Shown here: positions 36,026-43,860 of the stretch, piece by piece
Layout of the letters: every line of letters begins with the position of its first letter
How positions within the stretch are numbered: the stretch's first letter is position 1
NCBI GenBank assembly: GCA_022750455.1
Contig: JAKIVR010000003.1
Location: 4,457-68,456 of the forward strand
Direction of reading: 5' to 3'
DNA from: Thermoplasmata archaeon
Lineage (GTDB): Archaea > Thermoplasmatota > Thermoplasmata > Lutacidiplasmatales > UBA184
DNA: 64,000 nucleotides
The notes under the pieces: generated by a model
Seen by the model: only the letters and a program-made list of their open reading frames with translations
What the model was told of the DNA's origin: nothing
Databases searched by the model: none
Position numbers and translations under genes: made by a program

Positions 36026-37210
36026 TTGAGGCATTCGGGAGTGCCACCCTCGGAGCGCGCCGCCCTGATCGGGGCCGGACATACTCGGTTCGGCGTGCTT
36101 CCGGACGCTCCTCGCACCCTGATCCGAGAGGCGGTCGACTCGGCGTTCGCGAGCGTCGATCGAGGCCTCGAGCGCTCGCAGGTCGGCGAGGCGTTCCTCG
36201 CCACCCTCGGCTTCTCGGGTTGGCAGTTGGGAAACTCCGCGGCTCTGTTGGCGGAGGAGGCCGGGATCCCCGGCGTCCCGGTCGTCCGGATCGAGAACGC
36301 CTGCGCCTCCGGCGGTTCGGCGCTCCGAGCGGCGGTCCGAACGATCGAGAGCGGCTCCCAGGAGGCGGTTCTCGTGGTCGGCGTCGAGAAGATGACCGAC
36401 GTCAGCTCCCGACGACGTCGGTACTGGCTCGGGGTCTCGGGCGACACCGAGTGGGAGCGGTTGGCCGGACTCACCTTCGCCGGGGTGTACGCGCTGATGG
36501 CCGCCCGCCATATGCACGACTACGGCACTCCGATCGAGGCGCTCGCCCAGGTGGCCGTGAAGAACCACGCGAACGGTCTGCTCAACCCGAACGCCCAGTT
36601 CCGGAAAGCGGTCCGCGTGGAGGACGTGCTCGCCGCCCCCCGCGTCGCCGATCCGCTCGGGCTGTACGACTGCTGCCCCGTCAGCGACGGGGCGTCCGCC
36701 CTGCTCCTGGTCGCGGAATCCGTGGCCCGACGGTACACGGACACGCCGGTGCGGGTCGTAGGGGCCGGCGCCGGCTCCGACCACCTCGCCGTGCACGATC
36801 GGGAGTCTCTCACCAGCCTCCACGCGACCCAGCGAGCCGCCGCGGAGGCGTTCCGCCATGCGCCGTTCGACCGGTCGAAGGTCCAGTTCGCCGAGGTCCA
36901 CGACTGCTTCACGATCGCCGAGATCCTGGCGCTGGAGGACCTCGGTTTCGCCGCGCCCGGAGAGGCGGCCCAGATGACACTGGAAGGGGCCACGGCCCGC
37001 TCGGGGCGGTTCCCCGTGAACCCCGATGGCGGATTGAAGTCGAAGGGGCACCCGATCGGCGCCACGGGCGTCAGTCAGGCGTACGAGATCTTTCTCCAGC
37101 TCCGCGGGGCGGCCGGGGCGCGGCAGATCCCCCAGGCGGAGCGGGCCCTCGCCCACAACGTCGGAGGTTCAGGAGCGACGGCGACCGTCGCCCTGTTCGA
37201 GAGGGCATGA
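36026..37210 (+). CDS. thiolase (acetyl-CoA C-acyltransferase, SCP-x/archaeal type)
   Basis: Active-site Cys in ENACASGGSA. GHPIGATG near the C-terminus. 394 aa. TTG start at 36026 (alternative GTG 36041). Confidence 0.85.
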   Translation: MRHSGVPPSERAALIGAGHTRFGVLPDAPRTLIREAVDSAFASVDRGLERSQVGEAFLATLGFSGWQLGNSAALLAEEAGIPGVPVVRIENACASGGSALRAAVRTIESGSQEAVLVVGVEKMTDVSSRRRRYWLGVSGDTEWERLAGLTFAGVYALMAARHMHDYGTPIEALAQVAVKNHANGLLNPNAQFRKAVRVEDVLAAPRVADPLGLYDCCPVSDGASALLLVAESVARRYTDTPVRVVGAGAGSDHLAVHDRESLTSLHATQRAAAEAFRHAPFDRSKVQFAEVHDCFTIAEILALEDLGFAAPGEAAQMTLEGATARSGRFPVNPDGGLKSKGHPIGATGVSQAYEIFLQLRGAAGARQIPQAERALAHNVGGSGATATVALFERA

Positions 37211-38307
37211 GCGACCGGATCCACCTCGTGGACGCGGCCGTGGCCCGCCCGCTCCGCCGTCTCCACGGCTTCGCCGTCGAAGGGGTCGATGAGGACGTCC
37301 TGACGCTCGCCGTCGAGGCCACGGCCCATCTCGGCCCTCTCCCGACTGTGGAGGCGAGCCCCCGGGCGATCGCTCGGATCCGACTGGTGGGGGAGTTCGG
37401 CCCCGAGGCGGAGAAGATCCTCCCCATCGCCCTCGGGCTTCCCGGGACTCCCGTCGACCGCGAACCCGTCGGGACGGGGGGGATCGAGCACGTTCTCCAA
37501 CGGTTCGCCTCCCTCGATCAGGGCGAGCTTCTGCTGCTCGCCGAACCCTCCCGCTGGTCGTCCGCCGGGATCCCGCGCACCGGGGCGGTCGGGATCGCGG
37601 TCTGGTTCCATCCCGAGGGGTTGGTGTCGATGGGGGTCAACGTCCCCACGACGTCGGGGGCCGTTCCTTCGGCGCCGGTACCCGGCTCGCCGGTCCTCTC
37701 CCTCGAACGTCTGTTCGCCGCGATGACCTCCCTTCCCCCGGAGATCACCGGGGCGATGCCCGGACATGCGACCTGGGATCCGTCGCGGGCCCCGGTCGCT
37801 CCCGAGCTTCCCGAACCGCCGACCCGACTCCCGATCGATCTCTCGCAGCTCTCCGAGGGGGCGTACGTTCCCGGCCCCCGATACTGGGAGAACGCCGCCG
37901 CCCGATGGCGGTTCGCGGCGGACGAGTGCTCGTCGTGCGGATCGGTCACGTTCCCCCCAAAGGGTCAGTGCCGGAGCTGCCGCGATCGAGGTCACCTCCG
38001 ACGGATCGAGCTCCCCTCGGAAGGGGTCGTGGAGACGGTCACGACCGTCCACGCGGGCGCGCAACCGAGCGAGTTCGATGGCCCGGTCGAAGTCGGAGGA
38101 GCCTACGATGTGGTGCTGGTTCGGCTGACCCCCTCGATTCGTGTACCTCTCCAAGTGACCGACGCGATCCCCGGCACGCTCCGGATCGGCGACCGCGCCG
38201 GGACCGTCTGGCGCCGGCTCTACCCGATGGAGGGGGAGTGGCGGTATGGCCGGAAGGCGACGCCGCTCCGCACGACCCGAACTCCGCCCCCCGGCGCCGG
38301 CCGGTAG
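37207..38307 (+). CDS. DUF35 (Zn-ribbon + OB-fold, thiolase/HMGCS-associated) protein with ~200-aa N-terminal HMGCS/KAS-III-like remnant lacking catalytic Cys
   Basis: ATGA overlap with the thiolase stop. C-terminal CSSCGSVTFPPKGQCRSC zinc ribbon followed by an OB-fold-like YDVVLVRL...LRIGDR. N-terminus contains VEGVDEDVLTLAVEATAHL, similar to the HMG-CoA synthase pyEDxxTxAvxAA motif, but no active-site Cys. Confidence 0.7.
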   Translation: MSDRIHLVDAAVARPLRRLHGFAVEGVDEDVLTLAVEATAHLGPLPTVEASPRAIARIRLVGEFGPEAEKILPIALGLPGTPVDREPVGTGGIEHVLQRFASLDQGELLLLAEPSRWSSAGIPRTGAVGIAVWFHPEGLVSMGVNVPTTSGAVPSAPVPGSPVLSLERLFAAMTSLPPEITGAMPGHATWDPSRAPVAPELPEPPTRLPIDLSQLSEGAYVPGPRYWENAAARWRFAADECSSCGSVTFPPKGQCRSCRDRGHLRRIELPSEGVVETVTTVHAGAQPSEFDGPVEVGGAYDVVLVRLTPSIRVPLQVTDAIPGTLRIGDRAGTVWRRLYPMEGEWRYGRKATPLRTTRTPPPGAGR

Positions 38308-38349
38308 GAGCGCCTCCGCCGTCCAAGCCGGCCGCCGACCCCTCGGGGC

Positions 38350-40161
38350 TTAGGCGGGGGTCGGGCTCTTCGGAGCCGCCTCGACCCACTTCGAGTTCGT
38401 CCACCCCTCGTAGATCGACTTCTGGAGAGGCGTGGGGGACTCGAGGGCGTGGAACTTGTACTTCGCGGGTGGGGGCCGGGTGGTCGTCACCGTCGCCGAG
38501 GTGAGAAGGCCGCGCCGGAAGAAGGTGAGTTCCACCGTGGAACCCGGTGGGTACCGCTTCCACGTCTCGTCGAACGACTCCGGGGCGACCCGGATCTTCT
38601 CGATGGCGACGATCTCATCCCCGGGGGAGATGCCGGCCCGACGCGCCGGGCCGCCGTCCAGGACGACGGTGACCTTGAGCCGGGACCCCTCCGTGGAGAA
38701 CTCGATGCCGAGGAACCCCTTCTCCTCCTCCGGCTCGCCGGACGGGTTTGGTTCCTTCGGAGCCGGCCCGACGCGGAGCCCCGCATAGCGGGCGAACTCG
38801 TTCGCGTCGATCTCCTTCGTCCCCCGGACGTACTGCTCGAAGAACGGTCCGAGGTCCAGCGCGGTGAACTTCTCCACGACCCCCTGGAACGCGTCGTCGT
38901 CGATGCCACGCTCCGGTCGACCGTACTCCGTCCACAGGTGGCGGAAGACGTCGTCCAATGAGAGCCGGTTCTCGGTACGGTGCCGGATCTCGAGGTCGAG
39001 GCACCAGGAGACCACGAGACCCTTCAGGTAGTAGGAGACCGACTGGTTCCGGCTCTCCTCGTACCGCTGGTACAGGTCGATCCACGCCGTGAACGACGCC
39101 TCCTCGAGGCTCCGCACGAGGCGTCCGGGGACGGTCTCGAGGACCCGGATCTGGTCCGCCATCATCTCGAGGAACTTCGCCGGGGTGACGAGCTCCGCGC
39201 GGCGGAGCAGCACCTTGGAGGCGTAGTCCGTGGTCCCTTCCATCCACCAGAGCAGGCGCGTGTAGTTCTCGCGCGTGAAGTCGAACGGTCCGAGCACCTT
39301 CGGCCGGATCCGTTTCACGTTGTACAGATGGAAGTACTCGTGCGAGGCGAGCCCGAGGAACCGCTCGTACGAGCTCTTCGGCTGGAAGCAGTTGCGCTCG
39401 ACAGCGAGCGCGGTCGACGCCTTGTGCTCGAGGCCGCCATCGGCCTTGTCGCTCAGATGGGTGAAGAAAGTGTACGAGTGAAGAGGGGTGCCGCCCATGA
39501 ACCGCATCGTCGCCTCCACGAGCTTGCGGCCATCCTCCTCGAGCCGATGGGGCTCGTAGTTCCCCGGGCCGCCACAGATGACGAACTGATGCGGAACTCC
39601 CGACGCCCGGAACGGGACCACCACGGGGGTCCCGCAGTCGATAGGCGTGTCCACGAGCTCCTCGTAGTCCTTCGCGCGCAACCGTGTCGGGTGATCCCCG
39701 ACCCGCGGAAGCTCGGCGAAGGCGGACCAGCCTTCGGGGAGGTGGAGGACGAGATCGATCGGCTCCTTCTCCCGCCCGACCACGTACGGCAGGCAGCGCG
39801 TCGCGTTGAGGAAGATGTGCTCGGTGGTGACGTCCAGGCCGTCATCCGTCGCCTCCCGGCCGTAGACGGAGTACCGGACGTCCAGCTCGGCAGAATCCGT
39901 GGACGGGATCCGCCACTCATTCTTGGACAACCGGTCGACCGTCACCGGCTCGTCCCCGGGCGCCCTCGTCACACGGAAGCCGGCGACCTCCCTCGCAGAG
40001 TCCCGGATCCCGTACGCCCCGGGCGCCCACACGGGCAGGACGATCCGCGTCTCCCGACCCCGGGTCCCGTGGATCCGGAGGCGGAACTGGGCCCGGTGGG
40101 TCGGCCCGTCGAACGATTCTAGGATGTATTCCAGTGGGTGGGACGAGGAACTTTCGGCCAC
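38350..40161 (-). CDS. peptidase M61 (glycyl aminopeptidase family) with C-terminal PDZ domain
   Basis: HEYFHLYNVKRIRP (HExxH). WWMEGTTDY (Glu ligand region). PDZ-like GFLGIEF...GISPGDEIVAIE. Confidence 0.8.
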   Translation of the reverse strand: MAESSSSHPLEYILESFDGPTHRAQFRLRIHGTRGRETRIVLPVWAPGAYGIRDSAREVAGFRVTRAPGDEPVTVDRLSKNEWRIPSTDSAELDVRYSVYGREATDDGLDVTTEHIFLNATRCLPYVVGREKEPIDLVLHLPEGWSAFAELPRVGDHPTRLRAKDYEELVDTPIDCGTPVVVPFRASGVPHQFVICGGPGNYEPHRLEEDGRKLVEATMRFMGGTPLHSYTFFTHLSDKADGGLEHKASTALAVERNCFQPKSSYERFLGLASHEYFHLYNVKRIRPKVLGPFDFTRENYTRLLWWMEGTTDYASKVLLRRAELVTPAKFLEMMADQIRVLETVPGRLVRSLEEASFTAWIDLYQRYEESRNQSVSYYLKGLVVSWCLDLEIRHRTENRLSLDDVFRHLWTEYGRPERGIDDDAFQGVVEKFTALDLGPFFEQYVRGTKEIDANEFARYAGLRVGPAPKEPNPSGEPEEEKGFLGIEFSTEGSRLKVTVVLDGGPARRAGISPGDEIVAIEKIRVAPESFDETWKRYPPGSTVELTFFRRGLLTSATVTTTRPPPAKYKFHALESPTPLQKSIYEGWTNSKWVEAAPKSPTPA

Positions 40162-40317
40162 GGACGCCGCCAGACCGGGCCCCGTTCATATGGTTACTGC
40201 GGCCACGGAACGGTCGGCGGTCGCTCCCCAGAGTTTCCGTCCCGCGAAGCCGGGGGCGCTCCCAGGGGGTCGGATGCGCACGGGTCGAGGACCGACTCGT
40301 CGAGGATTCCCGGGCGC

Positions 40318-40536
40318 TCAGGCGAATCCGGGCGGTCCTTCGTCGCGCCGGGTCGCGCTCCGGGTTCGGTACGGCTCCGCCGCGATCCCGAGATGTGTCG
40401 CGATCGCGCGGAACGTCAGGGTCATCTGCTCCATCGCCCGACCGAGCTCGGCCTGCGCTTTCTGCATCTCGCCGATCTCCTGGCGGAGTGCATTGATCTC
40501 GGCGAGGATCCGGTCCAGGTCGACCTGTTCGGGCAT
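40318..40536 (-). CDS. small hypothetical protein (72 aa), speculative
   Basis: Internal ATG. Helical, coiled-coil-like sequence MPEQVDLDRILAEINALRQEIGEMQKAQAELGRAMEQMTL... Confidence 0.3.
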   Translation of the reverse strand: MPEQVDLDRILAEINALRQEIGEMQKAQAELGRAMEQMTLTFRAIATHLGIAAEPYRTRSATRRDEGPPGFA

Positions 40537-40615
40537 CGAGCCGGGGGACGGGGGGGACGTACTTAGTTCTGAGGTTCGGGTCGATCCGGCGGCTCTCCCC
40601 GGCGCGAGCGGACCC

Positions 40616-42202
40616 CTACCCCACGATCGGTTCGACCGGTGGCGGCGGGGCGACCGCGGCCGGGGCGGCGGCTTTCCGGGGGAGAGTCGGGAGGTGGGCA
40701 AAATCGGCGTGGCGCGAGGGCCCGAGCACCTCACGACCGAACAGGACCGCGATCCCGCCCAGGAGGGTGGCGATCCCCGCGATCCAGAACGCGTACTGGA
40801 ACGCCTCGTGGGCGGGGATCCCGAGTCCGCCGAAGACGCCGGTACTCAGGGTGTAGGTGGCGAGCAGGGATCCGGCGATCGGAGCCCCGACGCTCCCGCC
40901 GATGTTCCGGAAGACGTTGTTCATCGCCGTCGCCTGCCCCATGTCCTTCGGGTCGACGCTGAGGATGAGCAGGTTGATGATCGAGGCGTTGAGGAGCGCG
41001 ATCCCCGCCCCGATCACGAGCTCGCACAGGAGCGCCTGGGTGAGGTCCGTCGCGATGGAGACGAGGAAGAACCCCGCGGCCGTGACCGCACACCCCGCGA
41101 GCGCCAGCGGCTTCACGCCCGTGCGCGAGACGATCAGGCTCGCCACCACCGCGACCCCGGTCATCGCGAGGGCCAACGGGATGATGTCGAGGCCGGCGTT
41201 GAGGATGTTGATGCTCGGGAACGCCGAGTTGTAGCCCCCAGCCGCCGGCGGGTACTCGAACTGGTAGATCAGGGTGAACAGGGCGAGGTACATCCCGAGC
41301 CCTGCCACCGTGAGCACCGTATTGGTCACCGCCACGTTCCGTTGGCCGAGCAGCTTCCGGTCGATGATCGGCTCCCGGTTCTGGCGCTTCCACCACAGCT
41401 CGTAGAGGGCGAACGGCACCAGGAGGGCGACCCCGATCCCGGCGAAGCCGAGGGTGAGGGCCGACGTCCAGCCCCACACCTCGCCTTGGGCGAGCGCGGT
41501 CACGAGACCGGCCAACGCGCCCCCGAGGAGCGCCGCGCCGACGTAATCGACCTTGACGTTCGGACGACGGTAGGCGGATTCCTTCACCAGGAGGATCACT
41601 CCGAGCGTCAGCAGCAGGACGAACGGGATCGACGAGTGGTACGTCGCCCTCCACCCGTAGTTCTGGGAGACGTACGAGCCGAGCGGCAGGCTGATCGCGA
41701 ACCCGATCCCAAACATGGCGCTGAGGAGCCCCTGGGCGCGGGGGACGAGCTCGCGGGGGAACTCCTCCCGCACCAGCGCCATCCCGACGGGCATGATCGT
41801 GAGGCCGATGCCCTGGACGGTCCGGGCGACGACCATGAAGGTGAAGTTCGGGGAGAACCCGGTCACCGAGACCGCGGCGGCGTAGCAGAGCATGACCCCC
41901 ATCAGCACCTTGCGCTTCCCGTAGATGTCCCCGAGCTTCCCGACGACCGGAGAGAGCGCGACCCCCGAGATCGCGTAGGCCGAGATGATCAGGCTGACCT
42001 GCGCGGCGTTCACCGAGAAGTCGCGTTGGATCGTTGGGAGGGAGGGGGTCAGCATCCCCTCGATGTAGAGGACGATCATCACGATCCCCATCAGGAGGAG
42101 CATCACCCGGTTGGCGTACTTCCGGTCGAACGTCTCCATCGTCTTCGGGATGGGGGAGGTGAAAACGGACGCGGGGTTCGTCGCGGCGGTGGGGAGCGCC
42201 AT
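40616..42202 (-). CDS. MFS transporter, DHA2 (14-TM drug:H+ antiporter) family
   Basis: 14 hydrophobic segments. MFS motif GKLGDIYGKRK. TGATG overlap of its start with the marR stop. Confidence 0.85.
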   Translation of the reverse strand: MALPTAATNPASVFTSPIPKTMETFDRKYANRVMLLLMGIVMIVLYIEGMLTPSLPTIQRDFSVNAAQVSLIISAYAISGVALSPVVGKLGDIYGKRKVLMGVMLCYAAAVSVTGFSPNFTFMVVARTVQGIGLTIMPVGMALVREEFPRELVPRAQGLLSAMFGIGFAISLPLGSYVSQNYGWRATYHSSIPFVLLLTLGVILLVKESAYRRPNVKVDYVGAALLGGALAGLVTALAQGEVWGWTSALTLGFAGIGVALLVPFALYELWWKRQNREPIIDRKLLGQRNVAVTNTVLTVAGLGMYLALFTLIYQFEYPPAAGGYNSAFPSINILNAGLDIIPLALAMTGVAVVASLIVSRTGVKPLALAGCAVTAAGFFLVSIATDLTQALLCELVIGAGIALLNASIINLLILSVDPKDMGQATAMNNVFRNIGGSVGAPIAGSLLATYTLSTGVFGGLGIPAHEAFQYAFWIAGIATLLGGIAVLFGREVLGPSRHADFAHLPTLPRKAAAPAAVAPPPPVEPIVG

Positions 42203-42705
42203 CAGGAGCTCCGGGACGCAGGGTCGTCGGCCGGTCGAAGCGCTCGGAGGGAGGTCGCCAGCTCCTGGGTCACCCGGGCGAACCGTTCCCGGTCCCCGGG
42301 GTCGAGCCGCGCCAGCCCCTCTTCGAGGAACTTCTGGCGCTCCGACGCGACCCGCTCCAAGATCTTCCGGGACCGGGGGGTCAGCGACGTCACCAAACTG
42401 CGTCGGTTCCCCTCCGGGTGGGAGCGGACGACCCAGCCGCCCGATTCGAGCGTGTTGATGCTGGAGGTGATCGACGGTCGGCTGATCCCGAACCGGTCGG
42501 CGAGCTGGGATGGGGAGAGGGGCCCCTTGACCTCCAACAGACGGAGGAACATCAACTGGAGAAGGGTGAGCGACTGCCGTCGGGCGGCCCCGTACTGGAA
42601 CATCATCACCTCTCCGATGAGCTCCTGGAGGGCGACGGAGCCCTCGACGGGTGCCTCCTCACGAGGGGCGCCGGCGCGGGCGGTCGCCGAATCGGTCCGG
42701 GTCAT
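42202..42705 (-). CDS. MarR-family transcriptional regulator
   Basis: wHTH region LTLLQLMFLRLLEVKGPLSPSQLADRFGISRPSITSSINTLESGGWV. Upstream of and overlapping the MFS gene. AT-rich promoter region upstream. Confidence 0.85.
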   Translation of the reverse strand: MTRTDSATARAGAPREEAPVEGSVALQELIGEVMMFQYGAARRQSLTLLQLMFLRLLEVKGPLSPSQLADRFGISRPSITSSINTLESGGWVVRSHPEGNRRSLVTSLTPRSRKILERVASERQKFLEEGLARLDPGDRERFARVTQELATSLRALRPADDPASRSS

Positions 42706-42759
42706 ATGATTAGAATGATGGAACTATTCCGACTACTTAATGAAATGGGAGGAGCGGCG

Positions 42760-42785
42760 GTCGACCCCCCTGAGGGGAGGTCGAC
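42760..42785. other. GC-rich near-perfect hairpin GTCGACCCCCC-TGA-GGGGAGGTCGAC between the basic-protein gene and marR
   Basis: 11-bp arms with one mismatch and a 3-nt loop. Followed at ~42826-42846 by the direct repeat GGTGAGGGAGGGTGAGGG. Confidence 0.35.
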
Positions 42786-42864
42786 GAACCCCGGACGGCC
42801 CGCTCGGCTTCGGGCCCCGCCGTTCGTGCCGGTGTACTAGTAGGGTGAGGGAGGGTGAGGGCGG

Positions 42865-43608
42865 TTACGACCGATCCGAGTTCGGCCCGAACGGAGAGTC
42901 GGACTGGCCCTTCTCTTGGAACGGCACCCACTCGCCGCTCGTGGTCGAGAAGTCGACACGCTCTAGCTCGACCTCGAACTCCTTCAGCATCCCCGACGAC
43001 GCAGGGCGGACCGAGAACCGGTAGACGTAGATCCCGAATCCCATGAAGTTCGCCACGCGGGTGAGCACCTCTCCGAGGTGTTCCCGCGGCACCCGGACGC
43101 GGATGAGGTTCTCTCCGAGCTGTTGGGCGAACTCGTCGACGTCGAAAGGCCGCTCCAGGCTCAGGAGGCTCGTGGGAGCCGGAGGGGTGGCCGGGTCCGC
43201 TGGCTCCGGGGGGGCCGACGCGATCTCGATCGGGGCGGCCACCGAGGGGGGGTTGGGCGCCAGGTCGAGTGGGGGGCTCTCGGGCGCGGGGGGCGCCGGT
43301 GGGGGAGAGGAGGGAAGTTCGGGCGCGACGGGGGCGTTCATCTCCTTGGGGGGATAGTGATCCCGTACGGGGGACGCGTCCCGACCGACGAACTTCGGGG
43401 TCGCCTTCGCGGGGGGAGCGGGCGATCGGCGCGCGGGGGCGGCCGCGCGGGACGGCGCCTTCCGTGACGACCTCGACTTCGGACGGGGCTTCGGCTTCGG
43501 GGTGGGCTTCGACCGGACCGGGGCCGCGCGCTTCGGTTTCCCGGCGGGCTTACGGGACGTTCGGGGAGGGCGCGAGACCGGCTTTCGCTTCTTCGGACGG
43601 GAAACCAT
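42865..43608 (-). CDS. highly basic K/R/P-rich protein with C-terminal globular domain (candidate nucleic-acid-binding protein)
   Basis: N-terminal MVSRPKKRKPVSRPPRTSRKPAGKPKRAAPVRSKPTPKPKPRPKSRSSRK. Pro-rich linker. C-terminal ~100-aa mixed alpha/beta-looking domain. No homolog recognised. Confidence 0.6.
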   Translation of the reverse strand: MVSRPKKRKPVSRPPRTSRKPAGKPKRAAPVRSKPTPKPKPRPKSRSSRKAPSRAAAPARRSPAPPAKATPKFVGRDASPVRDHYPPKEMNAPVAPELPSSPPPAPPAPESPPLDLAPNPPSVAAPIEIASAPPEPADPATPPAPTSLLSLERPFDVDEFAQQLGENLIRVRVPREHLGEVLTRVANFMGFGIYVYRFSVRPASSGMLKEFEVELERVDFSTTSGEWVPFQEKGQSDSPFGPNSDRS

Positions 43609-43860
43609 GATGGGTCAACCCTGTGAGCAAGTTCCCAAAGCGCACCTCCCCTTAACAAGGCGGTCGAGCGGGAAGGGACGGCGGCCGTCCTGAGGGATTT
43701 TCGGTTTCGATGCGCATTTGTCGCCACGGAAGCCATGCGATTCCTCCTCATGGTAGAGCGTGACTTGTCGCTGCCGTGACGACAGATGGATTATGTAGGG
43801 ACAGGGGGATGATGCGCCCAGCGACCACCCGCCTCGGTGGCCGAAATCGAGAGGAAAAAT

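Noticed and set aside
42706-42760. Possible C/D-box sRNA in the AT-rich marR upstream region (AATGATGG, TGAAATG).
   Set aside because: No exact RUGAUGA C box or CUGA D box at appropriate spacing. The region is better explained as promoter/operator DNA.
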